In this document: in pieces, positions 12,319 to 23,796 of the stretch | Layout: each line of letters begins with the position of its first letter | How positions within the stretch are numbered: position 1 is the stretch's first letter | NCBI GenBank assembly: GCA_965603825.1 | Contig: CBFDEM010000033.1 | Coordinates: 248,001 to 312,000 of the forward strand | DNA length: 64,000 nucleotides | Source: Blepharisma stoltei ATCC 30299 | Lineage: Eukaryota; Protista; Ciliophora | Direction of reading: 5' to 3' | Notes under the pieces: model-generated | The model's database searches: none | Told to the model about the DNA's origin: nothing | What the model saw: the letters and a program-made list of their open reading frames with translations, nothing else | Program-made: the position numbers and the translations under genes

Positions 12319-13614
12319 ATGGAATTACAATCACTCAAAGAAAGACTTATTTCCTCTGAGATAAAAGACGGGAATTCTTCTGTCCAAAACAGATCAGAAT
12401 CCGCCGATTTAAATTCTTTATTGCTAACAGTAGCAAATTCTTTTCTTTATATTGGCAATTTTTATATGTTGGGAGTTGCAGCTAAGGAGTACTCATCAGC
12501 CCTTCAAATGCCAGAAAGTTTTTCTGGTACCCTTGCAGGGGTGAATTGAACCTCCTCTGTGCTCTGTGCATTTTTATATAGTTTCTGAAGCAATTACCAA
12601 TATAAAATCCCTACTGCATTTTGTGCATTCATATGTGCAGTTGGTAATTTGATGTATTTTTTAGCCTATGATCTGGCAAGCCCGTTTTGGCTGTTTTTAG
12701 GAAGAATAATGATAGGAGTTGGAGGTTCTCGTGTTATCAATAGAAGGTACATATCAGTTTACGTCCCCGTAAACGAAAGAACATCATGGAATGCCTATTA
12801 TGCAGCTGGCAGAGTATTAGGAGTCGCGTTTGGGACTTTTGCTGCTGCTGAACTTTACAATGTAAACTCGTCCTTCTTAGGACTTACAATAAATGGCATG
12901 AATTCTTGTGCTTTTGTGATGGGAATCACTTGGCTTTTATATTTTATTTTGACAGTTTTCTTTTTTACAGAACCCGAAATTATAAAAATAGAGAAAGAAA
13001 GTGCAATAAATCTGCAGTTTCCTACCTTGATAGAGTCGTTACCGCTTATTATTGTGCTTTTCGGGTTCTTTTTTCCAAAAAGCGCACAAGAAATTTTATT
13101 TATTTCACTTCCAATCATAACGGACGACTATTGGGGGTGGCATATAGACAAAGCTGGGGAGTTTTTAGCTTTAATTTCACTAATTTCATCCCCGGTTCAC
13201 ATATTTGTAGCTTACACATCAAAACATATCCAAGATAGAGATTTTATTATAATTTCTCAAGTCATGTGCGTCTTAGGATGCCTATTCATGGTTGATTTTG
13301 GTGGCTATTCAGAATGACAATACATGATTGGCGCATTTATTCTGAATTTAGGCTCAAATATGATAGATGGGGTCAGCACTTCATTAATTTCAAAAGTGAT
13401 CCCAAAAAGCATCGCGCATGGGATCTGGAATGCTGGCTTTCTAGTAACTATAGTAGGGCAGCTTGGAAGAGCAATAGGAGGGGGCTTTGTAGGAGTAACT
13501 GGCCTAGGCGAAGACAAAAGCAATGAAAACTCCATGCACATCACACTAACATTGCTTTGTGCGATGTCCTTAGCATCAACAATGGTCGGCTACAAATCCC
13601 TACATCACAAATAG
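12319..13614 (+). CDS. MFS transporter, PHT5/SPX-MFS-like membrane domain without SPX, 431 aa
   Basis: TGA=Trp at 12547, 12586, 13315; SLLLTVANSFLY...YSF[W]SN, LFLGRIMIGVGGSRVINRRYI, WNAGFL...GRA. Confidence 0.85.
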
Positions 13615-13670
13615 TGTTTATTCATATAAAATTAATTCGTATTTATGATAATTTCCTTATTTAAGCCTAT

Positions 13671-14726
13671 TTAATATAGCTTTCCAAGCAGACTTGGTAT
13701 AGATCCTCCTCCTAGCGTTTCAATCGTCGACACATCAACATAGCATATTTCTCTGCCTTGCAGATTCACAAGATTTTTGGCGCTTTTTGACATAAAAACT
13801 ACTTCTGTGAGCTTAGTTGGCGAGTAAAGTGTTTGGAACGATGCTGCATAATTATACATTCCAGAATGCTCAACATCAATAATTTCATACCCCTTCAGCG
13901 CTTTTTTAACTCTTTCTACTTCTAATGAGTCGATTGAGGCTAAATTCAAAACTGCATGTTCAGGTGTGAGCGACATGATTAAATTCGTATGGTAAATTGG
14001 GAATCTTTTTTGGTCAGAAGCTCTAAAAATCACTGATTTCCATTTTTCTGAGCTATTGGTACCATAATTCATATATCTCACCATTTCATTTAGAACTGTC
14101 TCAGATGATCGATGAGAAGTAGCCATAAAAATTTGTCGATTTTTGGTGTCCAAAACAAAACTTCCAGATCCTTCTAATGCTAAGTCGCCTTCTTCAAAAA
14201 AGGTTAAATCAATGACGGTCGGATATAGGGTTTCTAAATACTTTATCATGTCTTTTCTGCGCTCACGTTTCCTAGAGTCACTTTTCATGGGAAGAATGAA
14301 CAAAAGCTTTGCGTCTGTTATTGGAGGCCCAAACGCAGCAAACCAGTCTCCTGCGAAATAAGATTCTAAGGCTTTTTTGTCGTCGTTTCTTTTGCTAGTT
14401 ACTGTGATTCCGTAGGATTGTAAAGCTTTTTCAAGATTGTTTAACTCAACTCTGCAAATTTCTGGGAATAACTTAGAGCTGTTTTTAAGAAATGTGTTAT
14501 CTTTTGTCTCACCAGGGTTTGAGCCAAATTTTTGAGGTTTTATCACCAGCACACTGCTGGGGAATGTGGCTGATAATTGAGATTCTGATTTGGGTTCTGG
14601 GATTAAAACTTCTACTTGATCTGGTTCAGGGTTTTCACTTTCTGTTGAAAAAGGTCGATATTGGAATGCTTTTGAGAATTTAGAAGAGCTTCTAAGACAT
14701 AATAGAGAAAGCCTAGAGAAAACCAT
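13671..14726 (-). CDS. Amidinotransferase / arginine-deiminase superfamily (CtlX-like) protein with mitochondrial presequence; catalytic Cys replaced by Ser
   Basis: PMKSDSRKRERR, LEGSGSFVLD, PIYHTNLIMS, IETLGGGSIPSL; Arg/Ser-rich N-terminus lacking acidic residues. Confidence 0.8.
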   Translation of the reverse strand: MVFSRLSLLCLRSSSKFSKAFQYRPFSTESENPEPDQVEVLIPEPKSESQLSATFPSSVLVIKPQKFGSNPGETKDNTFLKNSSKLFPEICRVELNNLEKALQSYGITVTSKRNDDKKALESYFAGDWFAAFGPPITDAKLLFILPMKSDSRKRERRKDMIKYLETLYPTVIDLTFFEEGDLALEGSGSFVLDTKNRQIFMATSHRSSETVLNEMVRYMNYGTNSSEKWKSVIFRASDQKRFPIYHTNLIMSLTPEHAVLNLASIDSLEVERVKKALKGYEIIDVEHSGMYNYAASFQTLYSPTKLTEVVFMSKSAKNLVNLQGREICYVDVSTIETLGGGSIPSLLGKLY

Positions 14727-14867
14727 AATAATTTAGAATAGATTTATTTTAGTCATGGCGCATATCATCAAAAATTAAAGAAAGCCAATATCAGAATAAA
14801 AAACTTACTTAAAATTATATTAACCTTTCCATTTGATGTCAATTATCCAAGCCAATTTAATGTACAA

Positions 14868-16592
14868 TTATTTTTTAAATATTTTTCCTAACTTCTTATT
14901 TTTTACAGGCAAGCTTTCTTTTGCTTTCGGAGCATTAAGCGACTCTAAAAACATTATCATTTGGTTTTGCATGTCTACAATCACTTTATTTTTCATCTCT
15001 ATTTGCGATATCTGCTGTACTGACTCTTTTGTTTTTAATTTTATTTGTGCTTCTTTTATCTCAGCATTTTGGTTCTGTATTAAAGCTTGAAGACGGCTGA
15101 TTTCTAATTCATAATTTTTCTCTTTTTGATGTATGGCATCCACTAAGCTTAGATTTTCTTCATGAAGCCTTGAGCTTTCTAATTGCAAAGTTGCTACGTG
15201 GTCATCAATATTCATTGTGGATTTTTCCGAAATTAAATGTTCAAGCTGCTGGATTGACCTAATATAAGAAATAATTAGCTTTTTCGCATAATTTTTTTCT
15301 TCCATTGCCTTTTGGAGCTGCACCCTTAAATTAGAGTTTTCTATTTGTGAATTATTTGCTTCAAGCTCATTTAATTTTTTTTTGCATTCTTCTAACTCAA
15401 CTGCAGTAGGATTTTCAGATTTTAATAAATTTGAAATTTCTGCCAACATTTCATTTATCATCTGTTTAAGCTCTTCTTTTTCAGCTTCATGCTTATTTGC
15501 ACTTGAGCTTGCATTAGCTTCTTTAAGCTGGGCGATATTTTTTTCTTTTTCACGAATATTTTCTTGCAGAGCCGCAATTTCTTTGGCATGCTTTGCATTT
15601 AATAAATTAAAATTTTGTTCTTGTTTATGATTTTGTTCGACTAAAAGAGATTTCTCTTTTATTAAACTTTCTTTTTCAGAAATCAATTTAGATTCTTGGG
15701 TTGATAAAGTTGACTGTAAATCAGAAATTCTTTTATTCATTATATCTACCTGTGTTTTATTTTCAATTTCTTTGCTTTCAAGTAATTGATTTAGCTGGGA
15801 ATTCAATAATTTTATTTTTTCACTTTCTTTAACAAGTGAAGATTCTCTTTCTCTTGCAGATTTGAGAATATTTTCAAAACTTTGCTCAAATATCCCATTT
15901 TCAGTTTTTAACCCTCCTTGTCTTCCATTCGTTTTTTTATTAGCCCGTTCTAGCTCTTCTTTCAATTTCTCAATTTCCATATTTTTTTCTTTCAAAGCGT
16001 TTTGTGTATTTTTCATCAAATTTTCATAATCATTATTTTTCTTCACATCTTTAATACTTCCTTTTCTTTTTACCCCATTTTCACTCGCATTTAATTTACC
16101 TCTCACTTCAGTCAATTCCGCTTTTAGCAACTCAATTTCTTGCTGATATTTTGCTTCCCTTTCGTCACTTAATTTTTCCAATTTTTGCAGCTCTTCAATT
16201 AATTTCATTTCTCCTTCCCCTTTAACAACTTTTTTAAAGACTTCAATCTGCTGTTCTAATGTTTTATTTTTACCTTGAGTATCAATAAGTATAGAATTTA
16301 AAGACTCAATTTGTGATTCCATGTTTTGGCGTTCTTGTATAAAGGCTTGTTGAGTTTGACTTGCAAGTTGTTGAGCTTTTTCAAACATATTTATAAGCAA
16401 CTGTTTTTCTACTTCTCATGCTTGAGGAGCTTGTCTTAAGTTAGGAGCTTGCTTTGGGTCTGGTGTTGTAGATGAGCTTCTTGTTTGTTTTAACTTAAGT
16501 TCACGGGCAGCTGTAAGTTTTTGCATTATTAATTCTCTGAAGCTGAAACCATCCTGGTTTTTTGCATATTCGAAATCCTTTAATTCTTCCAT
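14868..16592 (-). CDS. Long coiled-coil protein, 574 aa
   Basis: ATG 16592, TGA=Trp 16416-16418, E/K/Q-rich heptads. Confidence 0.8.
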
Positions 16593-16628
16593 AATCGAGA
16601 AATTATAAGCAATTTTCACATATGAAAT

Positions 16629-17501
16629 ATGGAGAGCTCTAAAAAGTAACTTCTAGATAGGACTGCAGAGTATCTTATTCAGAATAATCAAAAACTCAGT
16701 AAAGAGTACGCTGAGCTTAAAGAACAGTATGATAAAATTGTTGTAAAATCTACACCGAAAGCAAAAACTCAGAATGTTCACATGTTAAAAGCAGCCTTAG
16801 GAACTCCTGAATCTTCCAAAAAAGTTCTGAGAATATTTGAAAAAGATATCGAATTTCTTGAAAGAAGACTGCTAATGCCAAAAGATATTGACATTGAGTA
16901 TAAATTAGAAATTCAGATTAGAGAGCTGAAAAAACAGCTGGAGTCACTTCGAAAAGAAAACGAAAGACTTAACAAATTAACCTTGCAAGCCAAAGAAGCA
17001 CCTGTAATAGCCCAAAACCCAGAAAATGAGCTTCTAAAAGAAATCAACCAATTAAATAAAGAAATTGACAAAACTGATTCAAAAATTACAAAAAATGAAA
17101 AAATGCAAGAAGAACTGGCACAGAAAATCCCAACTTTAGAGTCAAAATCTTATAAATTACTTACAAAATTAGGAAAATATAAAGAAAGAAATGATGAAAA
17201 AGCAAAGAAATTTGATGATATGAACAAGAAATTGACGATAATAAGCAATAGCTGGAAATCAAACGTTGCCAAATATCAGCAAATAATTAAAGAAATGGAG
17301 CAAGAAGAAGGACAAATCAGAGAAAGGTTTGTTGGGATAAAAACAAAAGTTTTTAAAAAAGACCAACAGATGAGGCTACTCCATATGACTCGCGACGAGC
17401 TCATTTCAATGAGAAGCTCCCCAGACAAGCCTGACGATGGGATGTTCCGTCCTGATGTAAATTTTTTGTACAAGCCATCAGTAAATGCTTTGTATATCTA
17501 A
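16629..17501 (+). CDS. Coiled-coil protein (one 15-nt intron)
   Basis: ATG 16629; intron 16646-16660 removes an in-frame TAA and joins the 16782 ORF in frame. Confidence 0.75.
16646..16660 (+). other. 15-nt spliceosomal intron
   Basis: GTAACTTCTAGATAG, A at position 10, in-frame stop if retained. Confidence 0.8.
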
Positions 17502-17525
17502 TAACTAGCCTAATATGGCCTTATA

Positions 17526-18539
17526 ATGTGGAAATTAATTCGAGGTATTGATTTCTCAGCAATTGTTTGCGGACAAGGATTGTCAATACTCAACACATTT
17601 ACAGGGGTTTTTTCGAAGCTTTTACTTAATTTAGGCTTAGATACTCCTTTATTTCAGCTATTATGAACCTATTTCTTAATCTACACAACTTTTCAAATTT
17701 TTTTCCTAATCAGCAAGCAAAAATTCCCATGACGCCACGGCTGAAAATACGCAATCGCCTCAATTACAGATTCCCAAGCTAATTTCTTAACTGTTTTAGC
17801 TTATCAAAAAACCAGCGTCGTAAGTGTCCTTACATTAGTAAACACTTCATTGATATTTGTGATGATTTTATCATACTTTTTTTTAAAGCATCGGTATAAT
17901 AAATACCAGTACTCAGGAGCTGCAATTGCTCTGTGTGGGGTCTGTGTGATAATTATTTCAGATCTTAGGGATAATAACTGGCTATGGGGAGGGACGATTG
18001 AAGGTGACATTTATGTTTTGATAGGGTCTATGCTATATGCGGTGTAATTTTAATGTAGGACAAATGTATATGTGGAATATTTGATGAAGAATGAGCATGG
18101 ACCTCAAGAATATTTGGTAGTTTTAGGAGGATGTGGCAGCATTATAATGCTTGTTGAGTCGATTTGTTTAGAAATAGACAAAATACGAAGTATTGATGGA
18201 GTTTACCAAGGTAAATTATATCTAGTTCTTTGCTATATGGGATTCTCTTTTACCATGCTGATGATATATTCATGCACGCCTTATTATTTTGAAAGATATG
18301 GTGCTGCTATGTTTAATTTGTCACTTTTGACAGCAATGGTTTATGGGCTACTTTTTGGAATCATGATTTTTGGAGAGTCAATGTCCTGACTCTATTTAAT
18401 TGGCTATTTTTTTGTGATGACAGGAATTTTTGTATATAGCCTCCCTAAAAAGAATACAAATAATGAAGGGAATGACACAATCCTCACTGCTTTGTCTTCT
18501 GCGAGCAAAGATGAAGCGAACTTGTGGAAGTTCACATAA
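17526..18539 (+). CDS. SLC35F: SLC35F-family drug/metabolite transporter
   Basis: GQGLSIL..TG, DSQANFLTVLAYQKTS, GDIYVLIGSMLYAV^TNV, AAMFNLSLLTA; four TGA=Trp; intron 18044-18058 and probable intron 18211-18225. Confidence 0.9.
18044..18058 (+). other. 15-nt spliceosomal intron
   Basis: GTAATTTTAATGTAG; removal restores YAVTNV. Confidence 0.9.
18211..18225 (+). other. Probable stop-less 15-nt intron
   Basis: GTAAATTATATCTAG matches the consensus (A10, TAG end); reads through as GKLYL if retained. Confidence 0.6.
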
Positions 18540-18608
18540 TTCTATAATTAAATATAGCTGAAATAAATTATTCAAATTTTATGATATGCATATGTATAAA
18601 AAAACAAA

Positions 18609-18662
18609 TAAATCAGATCCGCCTTTTCCTATCAGAGATCATTCATGGGATTCATCATCGAA
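18609..18662 (-). ncRNA. Candidate short box C/D snoRNA
   Basis: Minus strand ATGATGA...CTGA...CTGA within a GC-richer intergenic island; includes UGAUAGGAA complementary to LSU UUCCUAUCA. No clear terminal stem. Confidence 0.35.
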
Positions 18663-18899
18663 TATGTTTGGAAAATCGACATTTTATTAATATAAATTTA
18701 AGTATGAACAAAATTCTTATTTTCAATTGCTCTCAGACAAAATCTGTTATTAAATGAAGTTTTGGCTGAATGGTAATTATTTTATATTCGAGAAGGTAAA
18801 TTTTAAAAATGTGCATGAGAGAAGTATAAAGGGTTTGTGAAGCCAATTTATTAAGAGTATAATTTTTGTATATAGCCTAAATATCTTTAATAGAAACTA

Positions 18900-18972
18900 T
18901 CCGCATTTGTCTAGCTGGTTAGGATATCAGGCCTTCACCCTGAAGACCCGGGTTCGAGTCCCGGATGCGGAA
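18900..18972 (+). tRNA. trnE-TTC: tRNA-Glu (anticodon TTC)
   Basis: Acceptor TCCGCAT/ATGCGGA, D arm, anticodon stem TCAGG/CCTGA, loop CCTTCAC, T arm CCGGG-TTCGAGT-CCCGG. Confidence 0.95.
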
Positions 18973-18973
18973 C

Positions 18974-18980
18974 TTTTTTT
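18974..18980 (+). terminator. Pol III oligo-T terminator
   Basis: T7 immediately after the tRNA. Confidence 0.8.
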
Positions 18981-19136
18981 CTTTATAAAGTGAAACTTCA
19001 ATAACTCTGCTATTTTTGTCGCCAAGCATTAAAGAAGTATTTAATTAAATTTCAAATAAATAATAATGCTAAAATAGCATCAATCAATGCACTTCAAAAA
19101 TTTTGTACATTGGGCGGGATCTTTTTATAAAAATAA

Positions 19137-20669
19137 ATGTCTTCAGTCAATCACTTAGTTATCCCAGATAAAATCTTTGTAGATATTCCTAGAGACTCGG
19201 AAAAAGCTAATTCTGCTGCCAAAAACCCTCCAGACAGCGGATTTGTATGACCTACACTGCACCCTCACTCGAAATCCTTATTATCTTCTGATAAAGCAGC
19301 TTCAAACTCTTTCAAGTACAGTTATCAAGCTAGCAATCCTGCTATATATAACAATGAAGATGAAATTGCATGGCCTAAGCTAGAGCTGCAATCATCCTCC
19401 GTTTCAGTTCCAGCTGATTCACCACAAGTTGATCCTACAATTTTGAAGCCTATCCAAAATCATCTTGAAGCTGAAACTGAATGACAATCAATTCAAAGTC
19501 ATTCCCACTCATCGAAAAACTCCCAGTGCTCTAATTTAGATAAAAAAGAGAACTCTGAAGACAAAAACTTGAATAATAAGCCTGCAGAAACTGCAAAGCT
19601 TGGAATTCCTGATAAAACTTTTCCATTTGTGGTAAATTCACATAAAAAGAAGGAAAATGTCCAATATAATTTTCAAAGTTATAAAAAAGAAGAAAAAGTA
19701 AGCCAAGATAACTATGTGAACCAATATAGGCTCAATCCACATGCCCAAAATTTTCAAATCCAAACAGAAAAAAGTGCGAAATCATGGGGAGTTTCCAATA
19801 AAAACGTGCAAAAAAGCCAAGATGCTACTAAAGAACTTGATGATTGGGACACGCAAAAAAAGATATCGTTTACAGGAAATTGATATTATGTAGAAAAAAA
19901 ATATCAAAGCATAGTCAATAAAGTGCCAAATGAACCCAAAAATTCAGGCAGAAGAGATTCAAATAACTTTTATAGCATCCCAAATCAAGAACAAAGCACT
20001 ATGGATCACTCTGTTCCTCGACAACTCAAAATTGAGCCAAATGATCCTACTACTCATTCATGAATTTCGCCAAAAATTGATTATACTTGCAAGCCTGAAG
20101 AATTTGACCTTATAACCTATAAAACAATTCCTTGCAAAATCGGGAGTGCTTGCACAGGTCTTTGTCCAAGATATCATTACCAAGGCGAAAAAAGGAGATC
20201 TCCTTCAGAATATAACTACATTCCAGAGCTATGCTGCAAAGTAGGAAATTGCCAGCTAGGCGACAGATGTATAAAAGCCCATAATATTATTGAAATCTTG
20301 TATCACCCACAAGTGTATTTGACTTTTGATTGTCCATATCCAAGATTATCTAATGGCTGCTATCTCGGCCAATACTGTAATTTTACTCATATTAATAACC
20401 CAGAAAGCCAAAAAAACGTGATAGATCAGCATCGGCTTGCCCTTGAAAAAGTTCATCAAAAACATGCTCAGCTGGAAGAATTTCATAAAAAACTGGTAGA
20501 AAAAGAAGAAGAAATAAAATGCTTGGAAAATTCAATTCTTTGCAAATGCAAAGAAAATCTCAAAAGAGTTATTATGATTCCATGTGGCCACGCTTTTTGT
20601 GAGCTATGTGCGAATGAAGTTGCATGTGCCGAATGTGGGAAAATTGGAAAGTCCTATCCAATTCAATAA
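19137..20669 (+). CDS. Unkempt-like CCCH zinc-finger + C-terminal RING protein, 510 aa
   Basis: Four TGA=Trp join the ORFs; YKTIPC...CPRYH...EKRRSP...C..GDRC.KAH...EILYHP...C..G.YC.F.H, coiled coil, IPCGHAFCELC. Confidence 0.85.
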
Positions 20670-20840
20670 TAAATAATTTTGAGAATAAATATTATCTTAA
20701 ATGAATGAATAATAATATGTTTTTATACTTATATAATTTTTTGCTTATTTATAACTCGTAAATTGATTAAACATAATTTAGCTCAACACTCACAAATGGC
20801 AATTTAATAGTCTATGAAAATTATTAACATTACATTTTAA

Positions 20841-22868
20841 ATGGCAAAACTAAGCCTGAGCAAAGAAGAAACAGTAAGATTGATCCTTCAATACCTTGAA
20901 GCTAACGAATATCATCGAGCTCTCATTGAGCTTGAAAAGGACTCAAAAGTAAAATTGCGACGATATGGCAAAGAAATTGACTTTTTCTGCAATCTAATTA
21001 CAGATGGTCGCTTTGAAGATGCAGAAACCTTCATTACACCTCTAAAAAACCGTAGCGAGCCAAGCTATAATAAAGTTCTTTACACCTTGAGAAAGCAGCG
21101 ATTTTTAGAAGCATTAGAAAGCGCCACAGATCCAAAGCTCGATGATCTTGTGGGATGGCTAAAAGAGCTCGAATCTGTTGCAGCAAGAGAAGATTTTAGT
21201 GAACTGTGCCATATAATCAGCCTCAACAAAATAATAGACCATCCTGACTATGCGAATTGAAATATCTACAGAGGACGCATCAACTGCTTCAATGACTGTT
21301 TAAAATTTTTAAGTGAAATTTATCCTATTTCTGCAAGCGAGTTACCTAAATGCTCTTTAACTGAACTCCTAGGGCAACTAAACAGTGTTGAAATTTTAGG
21401 GGAAACTGGAAATATGAGAAGTCCAAAGTTCAACTCAGAACAAAATAAAATTCGAGGAAGCTTCAGGTACTCTCAGGAATTGAATGAAGAAAAAAAGGAA
21501 AACGCTTCTGAAGGAAGTCTAGTAATTAATGAGGCAGAAAATCAAGCAGATCGTGAAGAAGAAGCTAAAGGAAACAATAAAAAAGTATCGTTCTGGAATA
21601 TACCAAAAGTAACAGAAGAAGTTTCAGATGAGGAAAATAAAATTGTATATAATATTGAAGAACTCGACGTAATGTCGCCAGGCGAAGATCATTCACTAGG
21701 TGAAGACCACGAAGAAATGTTCAGACAATCTAGCCAAGAGCTTATGGCTAGTTTTAATCCTGCTCTGCTCAAAGAAATGGCCAGAATTGAAGATGCCAAG
21801 CCAATTCGCTGTTCAGCCTTCAACGTCTCTGGAGACTACTTCGTCCTCGGCACAAATTCTAATTCAATCAAAGTTTGTTCAATGCACAACATCGTCGACG
21901 GCCTCATGTATAATGAGCACCAAGGCCGCGAGCAGTATATAGACATCGTATTTGAGCTTCGTCGAGCTTATATAGGCTCAGTTTACTGCATTGATTGGTC
22001 ACGTTCCGAAACCCAAATTGCTGCTGGCTATAGCGATAAAAACATCCGTGTCCTATTTTGCCCAGACTTTTTAGAACTCCAGGAAACTCAATCAGAAACT
22101 TTGATGTGTGAAGAAGGAAGATATCTTAACGGAGAAGGAGAGCTCCCAGAAATAATGGAAGTTGTACTACAAGGACACCAAGATATCGTAAGAACTGTCT
22201 GCTATAACCCAGTTGACGATAGGATCTTGTTAAGCGGAGGAAGCAATGATGGAGATATCAAAGTATGAAATACAGAAACTGGGCAATTTTTACAGAAATT
22301 ACAAGGACACAATGGGTCAATTTTCCAAATAGCAGCTGAAGGGAAAGCAAGCTATTTTATATCTGTCGCAACTGATAGGACGCTTAGGCTGTGGGACTTA
22401 AGAAGCAATAAATGCCAGATGACGCTGAATGGGGAGTCTTTTGCAGAGATGACTTCAGTTGCACTCACTAATTCAGCAACGCAAGTGAGGGCAGAAACCA
22501 AAGACAAAATTACAAATATTTTTTTGAAGAGGCAGCAAGGCAAACAAGCTGCTCCTGCAAAGCCAAATTTAGCTGCAGTTGGGCATGCAGATGGAATAGT
22601 AACTGTATGGGACATCAATGCAGGGAGGCTGTATTCAAAGAACTCATATCACTTAGCTGAGTGTAGAAGCGTTGATTTTTCAGCCGACACTCGATGGCTG
22701 GTTTCTTCTTCATTCGACCGTAGCATTGGCTTAGTACAAATGGATACCGGCTCAGCATGCAGGCTTGAATATCACGAAGACAGGGTGGTTTCAGCTCGAT
22801 GGCACCCATTTTTACCAATTTTGCTGTCGACTTCTGCAGACAAAACTGCAAGGATATTTTCTCCATAA
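20841..22868 (+). CDS. WDR47: WDR47-like LisH/CTLH + WD40 protein, 675 aa
   Basis: EETVRLILQYL...LEKDS; IRCSAF...LGTNSNSIKVC; GSVYCIDWS; HEDRVVSARWHP; TGA=Trp 21258, 22266 (IKV[W]N). Confidence 0.85.
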
Positions 22869-22901
22869 AGCCTATTAAATAAATATTTATGTTAGATTAA
22901 T

Positions 22902-23420
22902 ATGTCCGACTTCTCAGACTTTGATCCAGCTAATATAAGCTCTTCTAGTGAAGAAGAAGTCCCTGCTAAAAGAAAGCCACAAGAAAGCATAGAAAAGCTT
23001 GAAAAAGAGTCAAAATTGCCAAACCCATTAGAACTTTTAGCAAAAGCAAGATCTTATAAGCCGATAAAAGTGTCGCAGGAAAAGACAAAGGTTAAGACAA
23101 ATCCGTATGAAAATGCAGTGATTAAAAAAGAGCCGGTAATGAAGGCAAATGAATCAGATGCATTGGAGCAGTATGATTATTTTGCGAATGCTGGAGATGC
23201 AGTTTTGGAGCATTGGAATGCACCTCAGGAACTTCCTGATAAAGAAAAGCCACTTGATAAGAGGAAATTTATAAGAAAGCAGGACTTCAGGAAGAAAAAA
23301 GTTGAAGGGCTGACTGGTGTAAAAGCTAAAGAATTTTTGAAGCGGCAAAAAGGACAAAGCACTTGGAAAAGATGGAAAACTGATGAAGAAGTTCAAATGA
23401 GGCAGAATTATGACAGCTAA
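22902..23420 (+). CDS. Conserved basic/acidic nuclear protein (possibly C1orf52/UPF0690-like), 172 aa
   Basis: LPNPLELL and C-terminal WKTDEEVQMRQNYD motif. Confidence 0.6.
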   Translation: MSDFSDFDPANISSSSEEEVPAKRKPQESIEKLEKESKLPNPLELLAKARSYKPIKVSQEKTKVKTNPYENAVIKKEPVMKANESDALEQYDYFANAGDAVLEHWNAPQELPDKEKPLDKRKFIRKQDFRKKKVEGLTGVKAKEFLKRQKGQSTWKRWKTDEEVQMRQNYDS

Positions 23421-23796
23421 ATGATGATTTAATATGGATAACTGAATAAATTAGCATAATTTCTTTATCTTAATAGCATATTTTTTCCTTAAAATATAAT
23501 TTAATTATCATAAATAAAATATTTAAGACTAATCCCAATGAAAAGATAAAGCCCTGAGCGTCGAGACTCAACTAGAAAATGAAGACGAATTCAATGACAT
23601 CAGCATTCTTACCTCAAAATCTGAGCAGCCAAATTGCAGCAAAACAACATTGGCTTCTCCTACAGACTCTCCTCCAGGTACAATGAGATACAATTTTCAT
23701 TCTTTTCGCTGCAGAACTGACTATGAAAAAGCATTTCTATCTTTTACCTCTAATAATATGCTAAAATAGAAGAATGGACCTTAATATAGTGTAATG

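Noticed and set aside
17545-17559. 15-nt GT..AG (GTATTGATTTCTCAG) as an intron
   Set aside because: Lacks A at position 10 and the frame is open without splicing.
18932-18939. tRNA as a UGA suppressor (UCA visible in the loop if the register shifts by one)
   Set aside because: The stem geometry centres TTC, the body is Glu-type, and UGA sites align with Trp, not Glu.
23578-23625. ATGAAGA...CTGA as a C/D snoRNA
   Set aside because: Imperfect C box, no stem, only about 8 nt of possible rRNA complementarity.
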